A stretch of 56,253 nucleotides of DNA from a virus (lineage: Duplodnaviria; Caudoviricetes): positions 1-56,253 of IMG/VR virus record IMGVR_UViG_3300025154_000119; one strand, given 5' to 3'. Shown in pieces: positions 26,920 to 37,485 of this stretch. Every line of letters begins with the position of its first letter. Position 1 is the first letter of the stretch. Both the position numbers and the translations under genes were made by a program. Under the pieces are notes generated by a model. The model ran no database searches. It was not told the DNA's origin and was given only the letters and a program-made list of their open reading frames with translations.

Positions 26920-28473
26920 ATGGATAGATATGGCAGGTTCGACCTTCAAGATGGCATTCAGATTTATGGAGCGCTCAGGGGGTTCCAACAAGATCAACGT
27001 CAAGATGAGGCATATCAGCGAAAGCTTTCAGAAGAGCAGCAATATAAACAGAATCTGGGGAACCTCCAAAAAAATCCGGATTACAAGCCGGATATGAACG
27101 CCCCAGGGTATGACCCTGATGCTTGGAATAAAGCCGCATTGCAGCAGGCCAGTGCAACCCTTGCCACCGATGAGGCTACCGAAAAACGCGCAAAGATGGC
27201 GCAGCAACGCATCGAGCTTCAGCGCAATAACATTGCCAGAGGTGCTTCCGATGCCCTTGCCGTTTACCAGACTGACCCCCAGGCGGGGACTATCGCCATG
27301 CTGAAAACGTATGACCAGCTTCATGACGGTATCGAGATAGTGAAGGATGATAACGGGAATCCGCTTATTGACGAGAAGGGCCAGATCACGCTCAAGGGAT
27401 TGAACGGTTCCACCACAACGGCGCCAATCCCTCCGATGGGCGATATGATCAAAATGGCGCAGATGTACACCGACCCGAAAAACCTGCAAAAGGTGGATGC
27501 CATGTCAAGCGACGCTTACCGGGCGGCGAATGCATCCGCTATCGCAAAGGCGAAGCACTATCAGAACGACCAGGGCCAGGTTGTTGCCGTTGTGGATCAG
27601 CTCTATGATCCGATCGATAGAAGCAAGGTTCAAACCGTTGTTCTCGATCTTAAAACAGGCCAACCGATTGATCCTGCCGAGTTCGCACAGGGGGGGTTCC
27701 GGGAAATCAGCCGGGAGAGTACCGACAAGTTTGGCCAGCAAGTTGCGCTTAAGGGTCTTGAGGCGTCAAACGATAGGAACAAGCTCACGTATGAATATCA
27801 GCTTAAGGGCGATCTGGAAAGAACGAAGGCTGGCGCTCAAAACAAGGGCGGTGTTGGGTCGGCTGAAGCGAAAAATCAGCTTGAGCTTGTCCTGATGCCT
27901 TTTGCTGAAGGCAAACAGCCGCTGTTTACCATGGATGGGGATATGACCGCCGAAGGGCAAACAGCTCTTCAGAAGGCGCAAACAACCCTTGGAAAGTATC
28001 AGACCACAGCGCCGAAAACTCTGACGGAAAAACGAGAGGCCGAGCAGGCAAAACGCGCCCTTCAGGTTTATTCGAACATGCATGACGAGGTCATGAGAAA
28101 ATGGGGGCCAGGTGGTAAGCCCCAGGCTTCCGCGTTGTCTGGTGGCGGGCAAGGACAGGCACCGGTGGATGTTCCCAACCAGGCCGCAAACGATCTTGTG
28201 AGACTGAAAGAATCAGGGCTATCGGATGAAGAGGCCGGAATAGTTTTGATGAAACGGTACCCGACCTTGAAGGTTCAAGACGATACGGCCCGGCCCCAAC
28301 AGCCAATACAACAGCCAATTCAACAACCCCAAGGTCAATCGGCGGCGCCCCAACAGCAGGGCGGCGGGATATCTCCCCAGCAAGCCAAAGCCGAATTTCA
28401 GGGCCTTGCCCGCCAGTACGGCAAAGACAAAGCGAAGCAGATGATGATTCAAAAATACCCCGGTCTTTTTTAG
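26920..28473 (+). CDS. Ejection protein 3
   Basis: Q/A-rich 517-aa ORF; GGGGTG RBS before 26920; lies between ejection genes and the giant protein. Confidence 0.65.
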   Translation: MDRYGRFDLQDGIQIYGALRGFQQDQRQDEAYQRKLSEEQQYKQNLGNLQKNPDYKPDMNAPGYDPDAWNKAALQQASATLATDEATEKRAKMAQQRIELQRNNIARGASDALAVYQTDPQAGTIAMLKTYDQLHDGIEIVKDDNGNPLIDEKGQITLKGLNGSTTTAPIPPMGDMIKMAQMYTDPKNLQKVDAMSSDAYRAANASAIAKAKHYQNDQGQVVAVVDQLYDPIDRSKVQTVVLDLKTGQPIDPAEFAQGGFREISRESTDKFGQQVALKGLEASNDRNKLTYEYQLKGDLERTKAGAQNKGGVGSAEAKNQLELVLMPFAEGKQPLFTMDGDMTAEGQTALQKAQTTLGKYQTTAPKTLTEKREAEQAKRALQVYSNMHDEVMRKWGPGGKPQASALSGGGQGQAPVDVPNQAANDLVRLKESGLSDEEAGIVLMKRYPTLKVQDDTARPQQPIQQPIQQPQGQSAAPQQQGGGISPQQAKAEFQGLARQYGKDKAKQMMIQKYPGLF

Positions 28474-28480
28474 GAGATCC

Positions 28481-31400
28481 ATGATGCCCGACATATTTGA
28501 CGAGTGGTATGCAGAAATAGCACCCCCAGCAGCACCCAGCACTCCGGCGAGATCGACCTTTGATGATTGGTGGGGAAGCCCGGCGGAACCCGCCGTGGAA
28601 CCCGTGCCTCAAAAAATAACCGATGCTGATCTTGACCAGTGGGCGGCAGAAGTTGAGCCTTCATTTATGGATAATTTGGCAGCCGCACCAGTGGAGGCAC
28701 TAAAAGGCTGGGTCAGGGGAGCAAACAGCATTCCGGAAAGCGCCGGCGCCGCCATGGAGTATGCCGGGCGACGGCTTGAAACCACTCCTGAAGAGCAAAT
28801 CCAAAACGGGATAAACCGCCTGAACCCAAACCAGCAAGGCGAAATCATCAACAAGATGATTGATTGGTCAAGGCCCGGGGTTGACGAAGATGCTTCTTTT
28901 AACCGCGCGGCCAAGCAAACCATTGAAAAATACGCTCCGATATCGGCACTTAGGGGAGCCGCAATGGATGCCGGGAACGCCATCGCGCCGCATTTAATCG
29001 ACGCCGGCAGGGCCACCTCGGATTATTACAAAGACATGGCAAGCGGCTATAAGGCCGATGCGAGCTTTGAAAATAAAAACCTTTGGGATAACCCAGACCT
29101 TCTTTTGAATCCGGCATGGTGGTCATCGAGCACCGCCGAGATGATGCCGCAATTGATAGCAACACTGATTCCGGCAGCAGGGATTCAATCCGCTGTAACC
29201 CGTGTGGGGGCAAGCCTTATTCCGCAAACCGTCGAAGCTTCGGCAAGGCTGGTAAAGCTTGGCCGGTTTATCGGGGCAGCCGGTGGTGGTGCCGCCGGCG
29301 GAGGAATGGAGGCGACGCAAACCTATAGAGACGTGCTCGAAACAACTGGCAATGAAAAAGAGGCCGCAAGGGCCGCTGAATTTATGGGCGTTGCATCCAG
29401 TATCCTTAACACAGTCGGCAATGCCGAAATTCTTGAATATGCCGGCAAATCGTTTTTGAAGAAGGTCGGTCGAGGGTTTGTTGTCGAGGGGGCATCTGAA
29501 GGCCTTGAGGAACCCGCAGATGTTTCCGGCAGGATGTTATCGAAAATCATCAACGGGGAAGATCTCCCGGATGATGTAGCCAACCTTTATCTTGATTCGC
29601 TGAAATCTGCATTGACTGTTTTCCCGATAGCAGGGGTTACCGGTGCGGCCGGTGCGGCCGGAACGCATTTCAAAAGCAAGGGCGCCGCCGTCAATCTTCT
29701 TGAAAGCAAGGCGGCGGATACAGATTTGGCCGCCCAACTCCGGGCGACTGTCGCCGATGCTCCGGTGGGAGACGGAACAATTCCCCTTGACACCCCGGCG
29801 CCCCCGGGCGGGTTTGGTTTCCCAGTTCAGGACCAAGCGGAAATGGACGCCATGGAGCAAGATATCATCCGGCAACGTCAAACCGCCCTTGCTGGCCCAG
29901 AGATTCAGGCAACACCGCTTCAGGTCCAAAACCAAGCAAAAATTGACCGGTATGCGGCGGACCAAGCGGCAGCCGAGCAAGATCAGATTCGTCAGGCCCA
30001 GCAGGCGCAAGGACTCGGGAAAACCGGGGAGGTTCTCGGGCAGGGCGTTGATCAGGCCAGACAAACACAAGAGCTTTTGTATCGTGCTGGCGGGCTTCCG
30101 GTTCCGGAGCAGACGCCGAACCGGTTAGCCTTACCGTTTCCGGATAGCATCGACCCAAACGCGATACCGCTTCCATACGATGACACCACCTATGACAGCA
30201 TTTTTGATCAATGGGAAGCTGAGGAGGAAATGGAGGCTCCCACGGGTGCTCGGACTGCAATTCCGATGGATAAGCGTCAGGTTGGTTTTGAAACGGTTGG
30301 AGAATCCTATCCATACAGTTCCGGCGATAGTACTCCGGTGACTGAGCGGCCAAATATGGCGCTTTTAGCTGGACCACCCGTACCTGATTCGAAGGTTGCT
30401 CCTGTTGGAATGAGTGCCCCTGAAAGCCCAAAGCCTGAAACCAAAAAGGAAAAATCCCGCAGAGAATACAATGAATTTGTTTCTGGGTTATCAGAGCAGC
30501 AACTTGAAAAAGTGAAAGGCTTGATTCCGGATACCGAACCAGATCTCCCCGGTTCTGTTCTGTTGAAGATAAAGGCAAAACTTAAAGCCGATCCGCCAGG
30601 CGCTGAAGCGGTAACAGAGCCGGTTATGGCTGATTCCATCAATCAACCATCAAATAAAGATGTTGAGGAAAGTTGGGATGTTGGGGTCGCTGCGCCTGTT
30701 GTTGGGGTTGAGGCGTCAAGCAAAGTCGAGCCTCCGAAGGCAACCCGTTTTCCGCAAAGTCACGTTGACGATCTGTATGCAAAAAACATCATCCATCCGG
30801 TTGCTGACGCACAGCAATCCACAGAGATAGAGACGGACCCTGCGAGAGTGCAAGAGATAAAAAATAGCATCGCAGAGGGCGAAATTATTTTAAAATCCGG
30901 AAAAACAATATCCGGAAAGAGAATGCTCCCTGAGCAACTCGCAGCCGTTCAAAGAGCGGTTGATAGTAGTTATTTAAAGATAGGCGGGAAAGCCCCGCAA
31001 AAAACAACCGAAGGAGGTGATGCAAATGTCCAAACAGAAGGGCAAGGGCAAACCCAAGCCCTGCCGAAAATAAAATCAGGTCCACAGGAAGTGACCGACC
31101 CAACAACGCCCCCCGCCGAATCGATCCCCGGCGGGGGATCAAAAAACATCGTCAAGGGTAAACAGGGAACCGCTTACACCCAGAAAAACGATCCGGTTGG
31201 TTTCCATTATGCCGTTGTTGATGCAGATGATCTTGTGGTCTCGCACGATGCCGAGTTTCATAAAAACGAAGCCTATCCTCAAGAGCTTCAGCCAAGAGAC
31301 CGGGACAGGTCCGCCCTTCGTCTTCAGGTTGAAAAAATAGCCAACACCATCAATCCGGCAAGGCTTGGTCAATCCGCTGGGGTTTCTTCGGGGGCTCCTA

Positions 31401-34400
31401 TCGTGGGCCCGGATATGGTGGTCGAGTCTGGAAACGGCCGAAGCATAGCGCTACGAAAGGCATTCGCCCTTGGGAAGGGCGAGGCTTACCGGAAGTTCTT
31501 GGCGGATAATGCGGAAGATTTTGGGGTTAACCCAGACGAGATCGGCAGCATCAAAAACCCGGTTCTTGTCCGGGTTCGGGCTGATTCTAAAATGGATCGC
31601 GCGAATTTTGCAAAAGAAGCCAACCGGGATGAAATAGCTCGGATGAGCCCGCTTGAACAGGCCATATCTGATGCTGAACTTATCACCGATGACGATATTT
31701 CTATGTTTAAACCGTCAGATGATGGCGCTATTTCACCACACGCAAATTCTGCTTTTGTGAAGCGGTTTTTTACCAAGATGGGCGGGAACGAATCCGCCGG
31801 CTTAATGACCGATGACGGACGGATCACAAAGACCGGCCTTGACCGGTTGCAAGCCGCCGTATTTGCTAAGGCATATGCCGATAAGAATATCGTCGAGTTG
31901 CAAGCAGAGGAGGCCCACCCTGATATCAAAACGATTATCAACGCGCTCAATATCGCGGCCGGAGAGTTTGCGAAAGCTCGGTCCAACGGGGACGCTTTTA
32001 ACGCACTTGATATAACAAGTGATATAGTTGAGGCCGCAAAGATTGTCCGCCGATCGCGCAACGAAAAGACAACTGTCTCCCAAATCGTTAACCAAAAGGA
32101 TATGTTTTCGAAGCGATCCGTTGAATCCGAAGTACTTGCACAATTTTTTGATAACAACATTCGGCGCGGGAAGCACATGGGAACCGCCCTAAAGAAGATG
32201 GCGGAGACAATCAAGAATGATTTGCAAAATAGGAACCAGCTTGATATGTTTGGCAAGAAGCTTAAGATTACCAAGCAGGACGCCATAACGCGAGGAATCG
32301 AATATGCAGACGCCGAAAGAGATAACGGACAACGACAAAAGGGTCTATTTGATAGCAGTTTTGACGAAGGCAATCGAGGAGACCAACAAGGAAAACTCGA
32401 ACGATCCTCCTCTGGAAATCCCGAAAGAGTGGTTGACGGAGGTGTAAATGAGCGATCCAATTCCTATCAAACCGTACTTGAAAAACCAACCCAACTCTCC
32501 TTTGATTTCAAACCATCAAAACGCGAAGGTAATAAGACCGGAGCTGTTCTTCCGGTATCGAATCCGGCCAGAGTCAGAATGTCAACGACTGGGGACATAC
32601 ACGCCGCCGGAACCGTGGTGCGGGATTCCGCCGACGCCGCCGCCCTTCTTGCCCATATAAGAAAAGCCGCCCAGGAAAACCTCTACTTCGTCACAACCGA
32701 TAAGGACGGACTTGTCCTTGAAATACACAGGTACAGTAAAGGGGAAAAAGCTTCCGCAGCTTTTAATTCTATTGAGGCTACCGGGGGCATCCTTCGTATT
32801 CCAAGAGCTGCCCACACCTACATGGTTCACAACCACCCGAGCGGCACCCTTTTTAGGTCCAACCTTTTGGAAGATAGTTCTGGTGCAAGCGATCAAGACG
32901 TCCTGGCGCTGAAACGGCTCTCATCCAATTTAGGCCTTAAGGGCATTTCTGCTCATGGCCTCATCATTGAGGGTACAACCTATACTGATTTTACGCCTGG
33001 ATCTGATTACGAGCGAAAACCAATCAGGGCGACGATACGAAAGGTTAAGCTCCCAGTAAAAGAGCGTATTTTTAAATACAGCGCGCAGCCCTCAGGCCAG
33101 CAGGAAATGTTGAACAGCCCCGAAAAAGTGGCTGAAGTTATAAAAAACAAATACGGCGACAAGGACGGGTTGATGTTCCTGAACACCGGACTTTTTGATG
33201 TTGGGTTTATGCCGTGGCCCAAGGGGGAGAATCAAAGAGTCGCAGTCGCCAAAATAATATCTGAAGCTGAACAATTAAACGCAAGGGGCTTTGTCGTTAA
33301 CCTGTCAGAAATAAGCCCAGAACGTATGCAGTTTATCAAAGACGTCGCCGCCGGCACCCGGCTGGAGCTCTTCGATGTTATTGAAAGCGGGGACTCTTTT
33401 TACAGGAAAGATACTTGGAGGCTCTCTGGCTCGGCTGTAAGCTCGGAAGAGGCCTCTATCGATAGACTTAATTCGATAGAAGATAGGCCGCTCTATTCTA
33501 CATCCCCCTTATCGCCTCAATCCGGCATCACCCTAAAAGACGTCCGAGATATGTTCCCCGGAATGGCCGTCACAGACTCCGGGTATGGCAAGTTCACCCT
33601 CACAAATCCTGCCGGCAAAGCCATCACCGTCGAGACCGTCAGTCGCATCGGCATCGATGATGGCGCCTTTGAAATATCGTACCAGCGCAAACCCACATCC
33701 GAAGAAAAGGCCCGTGGCGCCGCAGGGTCATACCAGAACGGAACGATAAAGATCTCAAAATCAGGCGACCGATGGTCCCTTGCCCATGAAGCCTATCACC
33801 ACCTCGAAGCATCGGGTATGATCAGCGCCGGGGATATACTAGTGCTGAATGAGGCTGTCAAGAAGGCCGGCGGTAGGGCCACCGAAGAAGCCCGCGCCAG
33901 GTTCGTTGAGGACATGCGGTACAAGCGGGACTCTGTTTCCGGCCGGTTGCGGAAGCTTTTGCATAAAATCAGGGATTTGATTGACGGGTTTGTGAACTTG
34001 TTTCGGCGGACCGCCAAGGGGGTTATTCGGGATATTGAGTCAGGGTCGATATCCAAGGGAGAAATATCAAACAGCCAGATGACCGCCGCGGCCCCGGCCT
34101 ATCAAATAAAAACCGACTTCTCAAAGCAGCTTGATGATTTTATTTCGCGTGGGGAAACAGGACAACGAAACTATGGCGAACTCATAACAGTTGGGTGGAC
34201 CCCCGACGTGCTTTTGGCCCTTGGCGCAAAAAAATACCCTGTTACTATGTCGCCAAAGGTAGCCATAAAAATTCTTAACGACCGAGAAGACAGGCGAGGC
34301 ATCCCTGTTGAAACATTAAAACAAATCCCGGAAGCTATCGCTGACCCGATAATGGTGTTCGATTCTAAAACTGCGCCAAAAGGGCAAAGCCTTGTTGTTG

Positions 34401-37372
34401 TAACAGAATTAAAAAGCCCAGAGAATAAGACTATAATCGTTGCTATTTATTTAAACCAGCGCAACAAGCGGCACGAAGTTAACGCCATTGGCAGCCTATA
34501 TGGTAAAGACAAGGATCCTTGGTTTGTTGACCAGATTAAAGAGGGTAGGCTTAGATATATAAACAAAAAAAAGAGCAACCGATGGTCTCAATCCGCCGGG
34601 CTCCAATTGCCCCTGGAGGAGACCACCAATGGCTCTTCTAACCGGAAGATACTGTTTGATCACGATATTGTCAAGCCAAAAACTCAATATTCAGGCACCA
34701 ACCCCAGAACCAATAACGATCCCTTCGCCGAAGAAAACCGACGCCTCCGGGAGCAGGACAAAACCCTTTGGGAGAAAGCGGGCAAAGTCCTAAAGCGCCA
34801 ACTTGCCCCGGGCGGTCTTCTCCCCGATGAAGTGTTCTCGGAAAAGATCAAGCGCGACTCAGAGTTCAACGTGGTCGAGATGGATACCGAGCGGCTTGTA
34901 GTAGCCTTTGAGCGGGCAGTCAAGAAGGATTACGGGAAAACGTTTCAAGGTTTGCCGTTCGCAAAGCAAAAGGAACTTGCAGATGCCCTCGCCGGGAAGG
35001 TGCCGGCCAACATGCCGGAAGGGACCAAAACGACTATCGTGGCCATGCGCCGGTACATTGACGGCCTGTCCCTTGATTATGCCGATATCCTCTTTAAGCA
35101 GGCCGAACAGATAGCGCGAGACGGTAAAAACGACGCGGCCGCCGCGGCGAAAGTGGATCTCCTCAACACCATTGCAGGGAATGTGGGGCAATACGTTCAT
35201 CGGTCGTACCGGGTGTTTGATGATAAGAATTGGTTTAAGAAGGTTCCGACCGAAATCATCAACGATGCCAGGCTTGCCCTGCGCGACCAATACATGGAAA
35301 AAGGCGAAACCCAAAAAGACGCCGATACCATGGCGGATCGGGCCATCAACAAGATTTTGAAGACCGGAACCGCTTTCGACAGTATGGAAAGCTTCATCAA
35401 AGAATCTAAGCTTGGCGCCAAGGACTTGAGCGTCTTGAAACGGAGGAAGGATATCTCCCCGGAGATCCGGGCGCTACTCGGGCAGCACATCGACCCGCGG
35501 GTGAACTTCGCCAAGACCGCCACCAAAATGGGGCGGCTGGTTTGGAATCAGCGGTTCCTTGACAAGATCCGCGAGACCGGTATGGGAGTTTTTCTGTTCG
35601 AGGATGAAAATGCGCCGGCCGGGGCCACCAAGCAGATCGCAGCCGATCAATCAGAAACTTATTCCCCGCTGAATGGCCTTTGGACCTTTCCGGAAATAGA
35701 CCAAGCATTCAAAGATGCCCTCGGCAAAGAGCAGATGCCGGACTGGTTGCGAACCATCGTTCAGGTTAACGGCGCCATAAAATTCGGGAAAACGGTCCTG
35801 TCTCCAACTACGGCGGCCAGAAACTGGCAATCCGCCATGTTCTTTGCGCTGGCAAACGGCCATTTCAACATGACCCACATGGCAAAGTCGATAACCTCAT
35901 TGCAGGAATATTTCAACGCGAACGGAAGCGACGCCAAATTCCAGTATCTCAGAAAACTGAAGCAGCTCGGGGTGGTTTACGACTCCCCTTATGCCGGCGA
36001 GATGATGCGCCTTTTGGCTGATAGCCAAATGGCAGATGATCTGATCCGGGGTACCGGCCATAGGACCCTTAAAAACATGATAGGGTACGCCCAAAAATTC
36101 TATCAGTTCGGGGATGATTTTTGGAAAATTATCGGATTCGAGAACGAAAAAACGGCCTTTATGCGGACCGGTATGGATGAGGCGGAGGCCGAGAAGGAAG
36201 CGGCCGAGCGTATCCGGAACACCTACCCGACTTACAGCATGGTTGGGAAAGCAATCAAATCCCTCGCCAGGTTTCCCCTGGTGGGCACCTTCGTAAGTTT
36301 TCCAGCGGAGATCATCCGCACCCAGGCGAACATGCTTAGCTATGTCGCCCAGGATTTCAAAACGCCCGGGCGGAAAAAGATGGCGCTCAGGCGGATGGCT
36401 GGAATGGCCATATCGGCCGGCGCGATTTATGCGCTCCAAGCGGTATCAAAGGTAATTTTGAGCGTCGATGACGAAGAAGACGAGGCGACGAGAAAGCTTG
36501 CGGCGCCATGGCAACGGAACTCTAATCTTTGGTATCTGAACAGGGAAAAGGACGGATCGCTTCGCTATATCGATCTGAGTTTCCTTGACCCATACGGATA
36601 CTGGAAGCGGCCGATAACGGCGATACTCCGGGAACAGCCTTGGGAGCAGAAATATGCCGATGTGGCGAAAGAAACACTTGGGCCTTTTCTTGGGACAGAT
36701 ATTCTTGCCGGGGCAATCCTTGAGGTTTTTACCAACAAGCGCTTCGACACTAAAACCAAAATTTACAAAGAAAGCGATTTTATGCCCGGGCAAACTGCCG
36801 ACATCGCCAAGCACCTTGCACAAAAGCTTCAGCCAGGCATTATGACAAATGCCATGCGAACGTACAAAGCAATCGACGGCCAGGTCTCCCCTTCCGGGAA
36901 AAAATATAACCTTGAAGATGAAATGATGGCGCTTGTCGGTTGGAGATTCACAACGGCAGATCCGAAAATCGCCCTTTATTACCGGGTATTCGAATTTAAC
37001 GACGCCAAAAAAGAAGCCTCAAGCGGCCTCTACCGGGTTCTCAGGGATAAAAACGCAGTCGATAAAGAGGCCATTAAAGACGCTTACGTCTACACCACAA
37101 AGCTCCGCAAAAAAGCATATGCTGAAATGGCCGGGCTGATTCATGCTGCGGAAAAAAGCGGTATGACCGATCCCCAAATTATCTCCGTTCTGCGAGCAGG
37201 CAATATTTCAAAAACTGATATCGCGGCCTTAATGATGGGCAATACCGCCGCTTGGAAGATGAGCCCTCAGAGTATAAAAAACGATGCCAAAAAGAGCGAG
37301 GTTCTTTTCGGAACCGGCGGCGAAACGCTGAAGCGGTACCAACAGCTTCTTGAAATATCGCAAGCAAAATAA
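28481..37372 (+). CDS. Giant injected polyvalent protein (2963 aa)
   Basis: ParB-like (QPRDR...GAPIV...VESGNGR), JAB (HNHPSG...SDQD), zincin (AHEAYHH), MuF-C-like (GWTPDVL...LKQIPEAIADPIMVFDS...SLYGKD...GLQLP), large helical C-terminus. Confidence 0.85.
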   Translation: MMPDIFDEWYAEIAPPAAPSTPARSTFDDWWGSPAEPAVEPVPQKITDADLDQWAAEVEPSFMDNLAAAPVEALKGWVRGANSIPESAGAAMEYAGRRLETTPEEQIQNGINRLNPNQQGEIINKMIDWSRPGVDEDASFNRAAKQTIEKYAPISALRGAAMDAGNAIAPHLIDAGRATSDYYKDMASGYKADASFENKNLWDNPDLLLNPAWWSSSTAEMMPQLIATLIPAAGIQSAVTRVGASLIPQTVEASARLVKLGRFIGAAGGGAAGGGMEATQTYRDVLETTGNEKEAARAAEFMGVASSILNTVGNAEILEYAGKSFLKKVGRGFVVEGASEGLEEPADVSGRMLSKIINGEDLPDDVANLYLDSLKSALTVFPIAGVTGAAGAAGTHFKSKGAAVNLLESKAADTDLAAQLRATVADAPVGDGTIPLDTPAPPGGFGFPVQDQAEMDAMEQDIIRQRQTALAGPEIQATPLQVQNQAKIDRYAADQAAAEQDQIRQAQQAQGLGKTGEVLGQGVDQARQTQELLYRAGGLPVPEQTPNRLALPFPDSIDPNAIPLPYDDTTYDSIFDQWEAEEEMEAPTGARTAIPMDKRQVGFETVGESYPYSSGDSTPVTERPNMALLAGPPVPDSKVAPVGMSAPESPKPETKKEKSRREYNEFVSGLSEQQLEKVKGLIPDTEPDLPGSVLLKIKAKLKADPPGAEAVTEPVMADSINQPSNKDVEESWDVGVAAPVVGVEASSKVEPPKATRFPQSHVDDLYAKNIIHPVADAQQSTEIETDPARVQEIKNSIAEGEIILKSGKTISGKRMLPEQLAAVQRAVDSSYLKIGGKAPQKTTEGGDANVQTEGQGQTQALPKIKSGPQEVTDPTTPPAESIPGGGSKNIVKGKQGTAYTQKNDPVGFHYAVVDADDLVVSHDAEFHKNEAYPQELQPRDRDRSALRLQVEKIANTINPARLGQSAGVSSGAPIVGPDMVVESGNGRSIALRKAFALGKGEAYRKFLADNAEDFGVNPDEIGSIKNPVLVRVRADSKMDRANFAKEANRDEIARMSPLEQAISDAELITDDDISMFKPSDDGAISPHANSAFVKRFFTKMGGNESAGLMTDDGRITKTGLDRLQAAVFAKAYADKNIVELQAEEAHPDIKTIINALNIAAGEFAKARSNGDAFNALDITSDIVEAAKIVRRSRNEKTTVSQIVNQKDMFSKRSVESEVLAQFFDNNIRRGKHMGTALKKMAETIKNDLQNRNQLDMFGKKLKITKQDAITRGIEYADAERDNGQRQKGLFDSSFDEGNRGDQQGKLERSSSGNPERVVDGGVNERSNSYQTVLEKPTQLSFDFKPSKREGNKTGAVLPVSNPARVRMSTTGDIHAAGTVVRDSADAAALLAHIRKAAQENLYFVTTDKDGLVLEIHRYSKGEKASAAFNSIEATGGILRIPRAAHTYMVHNHPSGTLFRSNLLEDSSGASDQDVLALKRLSSNLGLKGISAHGLIIEGTTYTDFTPGSDYERKPIRATIRKVKLPVKERIFKYSAQPSGQQEMLNSPEKVAEVIKNKYGDKDGLMFLNTGLFDVGFMPWPKGENQRVAVAKIISEAEQLNARGFVVNLSEISPERMQFIKDVAAGTRLELFDVIESGDSFYRKDTWRLSGSAVSSEEASIDRLNSIEDRPLYSTSPLSPQSGITLKDVRDMFPGMAVTDSGYGKFTLTNPAGKAITVETVSRIGIDDGAFEISYQRKPTSEEKARGAAGSYQNGTIKISKSGDRWSLAHEAYHHLEASGMISAGDILVLNEAVKKAGGRATEEARARFVEDMRYKRDSVSGRLRKLLHKIRDLIDGFVNLFRRTAKGVIRDIESGSISKGEISNSQMTAAAPAYQIKTDFSKQLDDFISRGETGQRNYGELITVGWTPDVLLALGAKKYPVTMSPKVAIKILNDREDRRGIPVETLKQIPEAIADPIMVFDSKTAPKGQSLVVVTELKSPENKTIIVAIYLNQRNKRHEVNAIGSLYGKDKDPWFVDQIKEGRLRYINKKKSNRWSQSAGLQLPLEETTNGSSNRKILFDHDIVKPKTQYSGTNPRTNNDPFAEENRRLREQDKTLWEKAGKVLKRQLAPGGLLPDEVFSEKIKRDSEFNVVEMDTERLVVAFERAVKKDYGKTFQGLPFAKQKELADALAGKVPANMPEGTKTTIVAMRRYIDGLSLDYADILFKQAEQIARDGKNDAAAAAKVDLLNTIAGNVGQYVHRSYRVFDDKNWFKKVPTEIINDARLALRDQYMEKGETQKDADTMADRAINKILKTGTAFDSMESFIKESKLGAKDLSVLKRRKDISPEIRALLGQHIDPRVNFAKTATKMGRLVWNQRFLDKIRETGMGVFLFEDENAPAGATKQIAADQSETYSPLNGLWTFPEIDQAFKDALGKEQMPDWLRTIVQVNGAIKFGKTVLSPTTAARNWQSAMFFALANGHFNMTHMAKSITSLQEYFNANGSDAKFQYLRKLKQLGVVYDSPYAGEMMRLLADSQMADDLIRGTGHRTLKNMIGYAQKFYQFGDDFWKIIGFENEKTAFMRTGMDEAEAEKEAAERIRNTYPTYSMVGKAIKSLARFPLVGTFVSFPAEIIRTQANMLSYVAQDFKTPGRKKMALRRMAGMAISAGAIYALQAVSKVILSVDDEEDEATRKLAAPWQRNSNLWYLNREKDGSLRYIDLSFLDPYGYWKRPITAILREQPWEQKYADVAKETLGPFLGTDILAGAILEVFTNKRFDTKTKIYKESDFMPGQTADIAKHLAQKLQPGIMTNAMRTYKAIDGQVSPSGKKYNLEDEMMALVGWRFTTADPKIALYYRVFEFNDAKKEASSGLYRVLRDKNAVDKEAIKDAYVYTTKLRKKAYAEMAGLIHAAEKSGMTDPQIISVLRAGNISKTDIAALMMGNTAAWKMSPQSIKNDAKKSEVLFGTGGETLKRYQQLLEISQAK

Positions 37373-37396
37373 AGCTCCGTCCTTCAAAATTTACAC

Positions 37397-37451
37397 ATAG
37401 CGCTATTTAAAATCGATGTGGTTGCTATGATTATTTATCAAAATATATGTT
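37397..37451 (+). promoter_or_regulatory. Putative late promoter 3 (lysis/accessory fibre block)
   Basis: ATAGCGCTAT at 37397-37406; TATGTT at 37446-37451. Confidence 0.6.
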
Positions 37452-37485
37452 GGCAAAAAACCGCACCAAAGAGGGCGATAATATC

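Noticed and set aside
31445-31454. Fourth copy of the late palindrome (ATAGCGCTAC)
   Set aside because: One mismatch, inside coding sequence, and no -10-like hexamer at the expected spacing.
31486-32460. 324-aa reverse-strand ORF (also 5691-6404, 10429-11229, 46703-47482)
   Set aside because: Antisense shadows of well-supported genes with no recognisable motifs.
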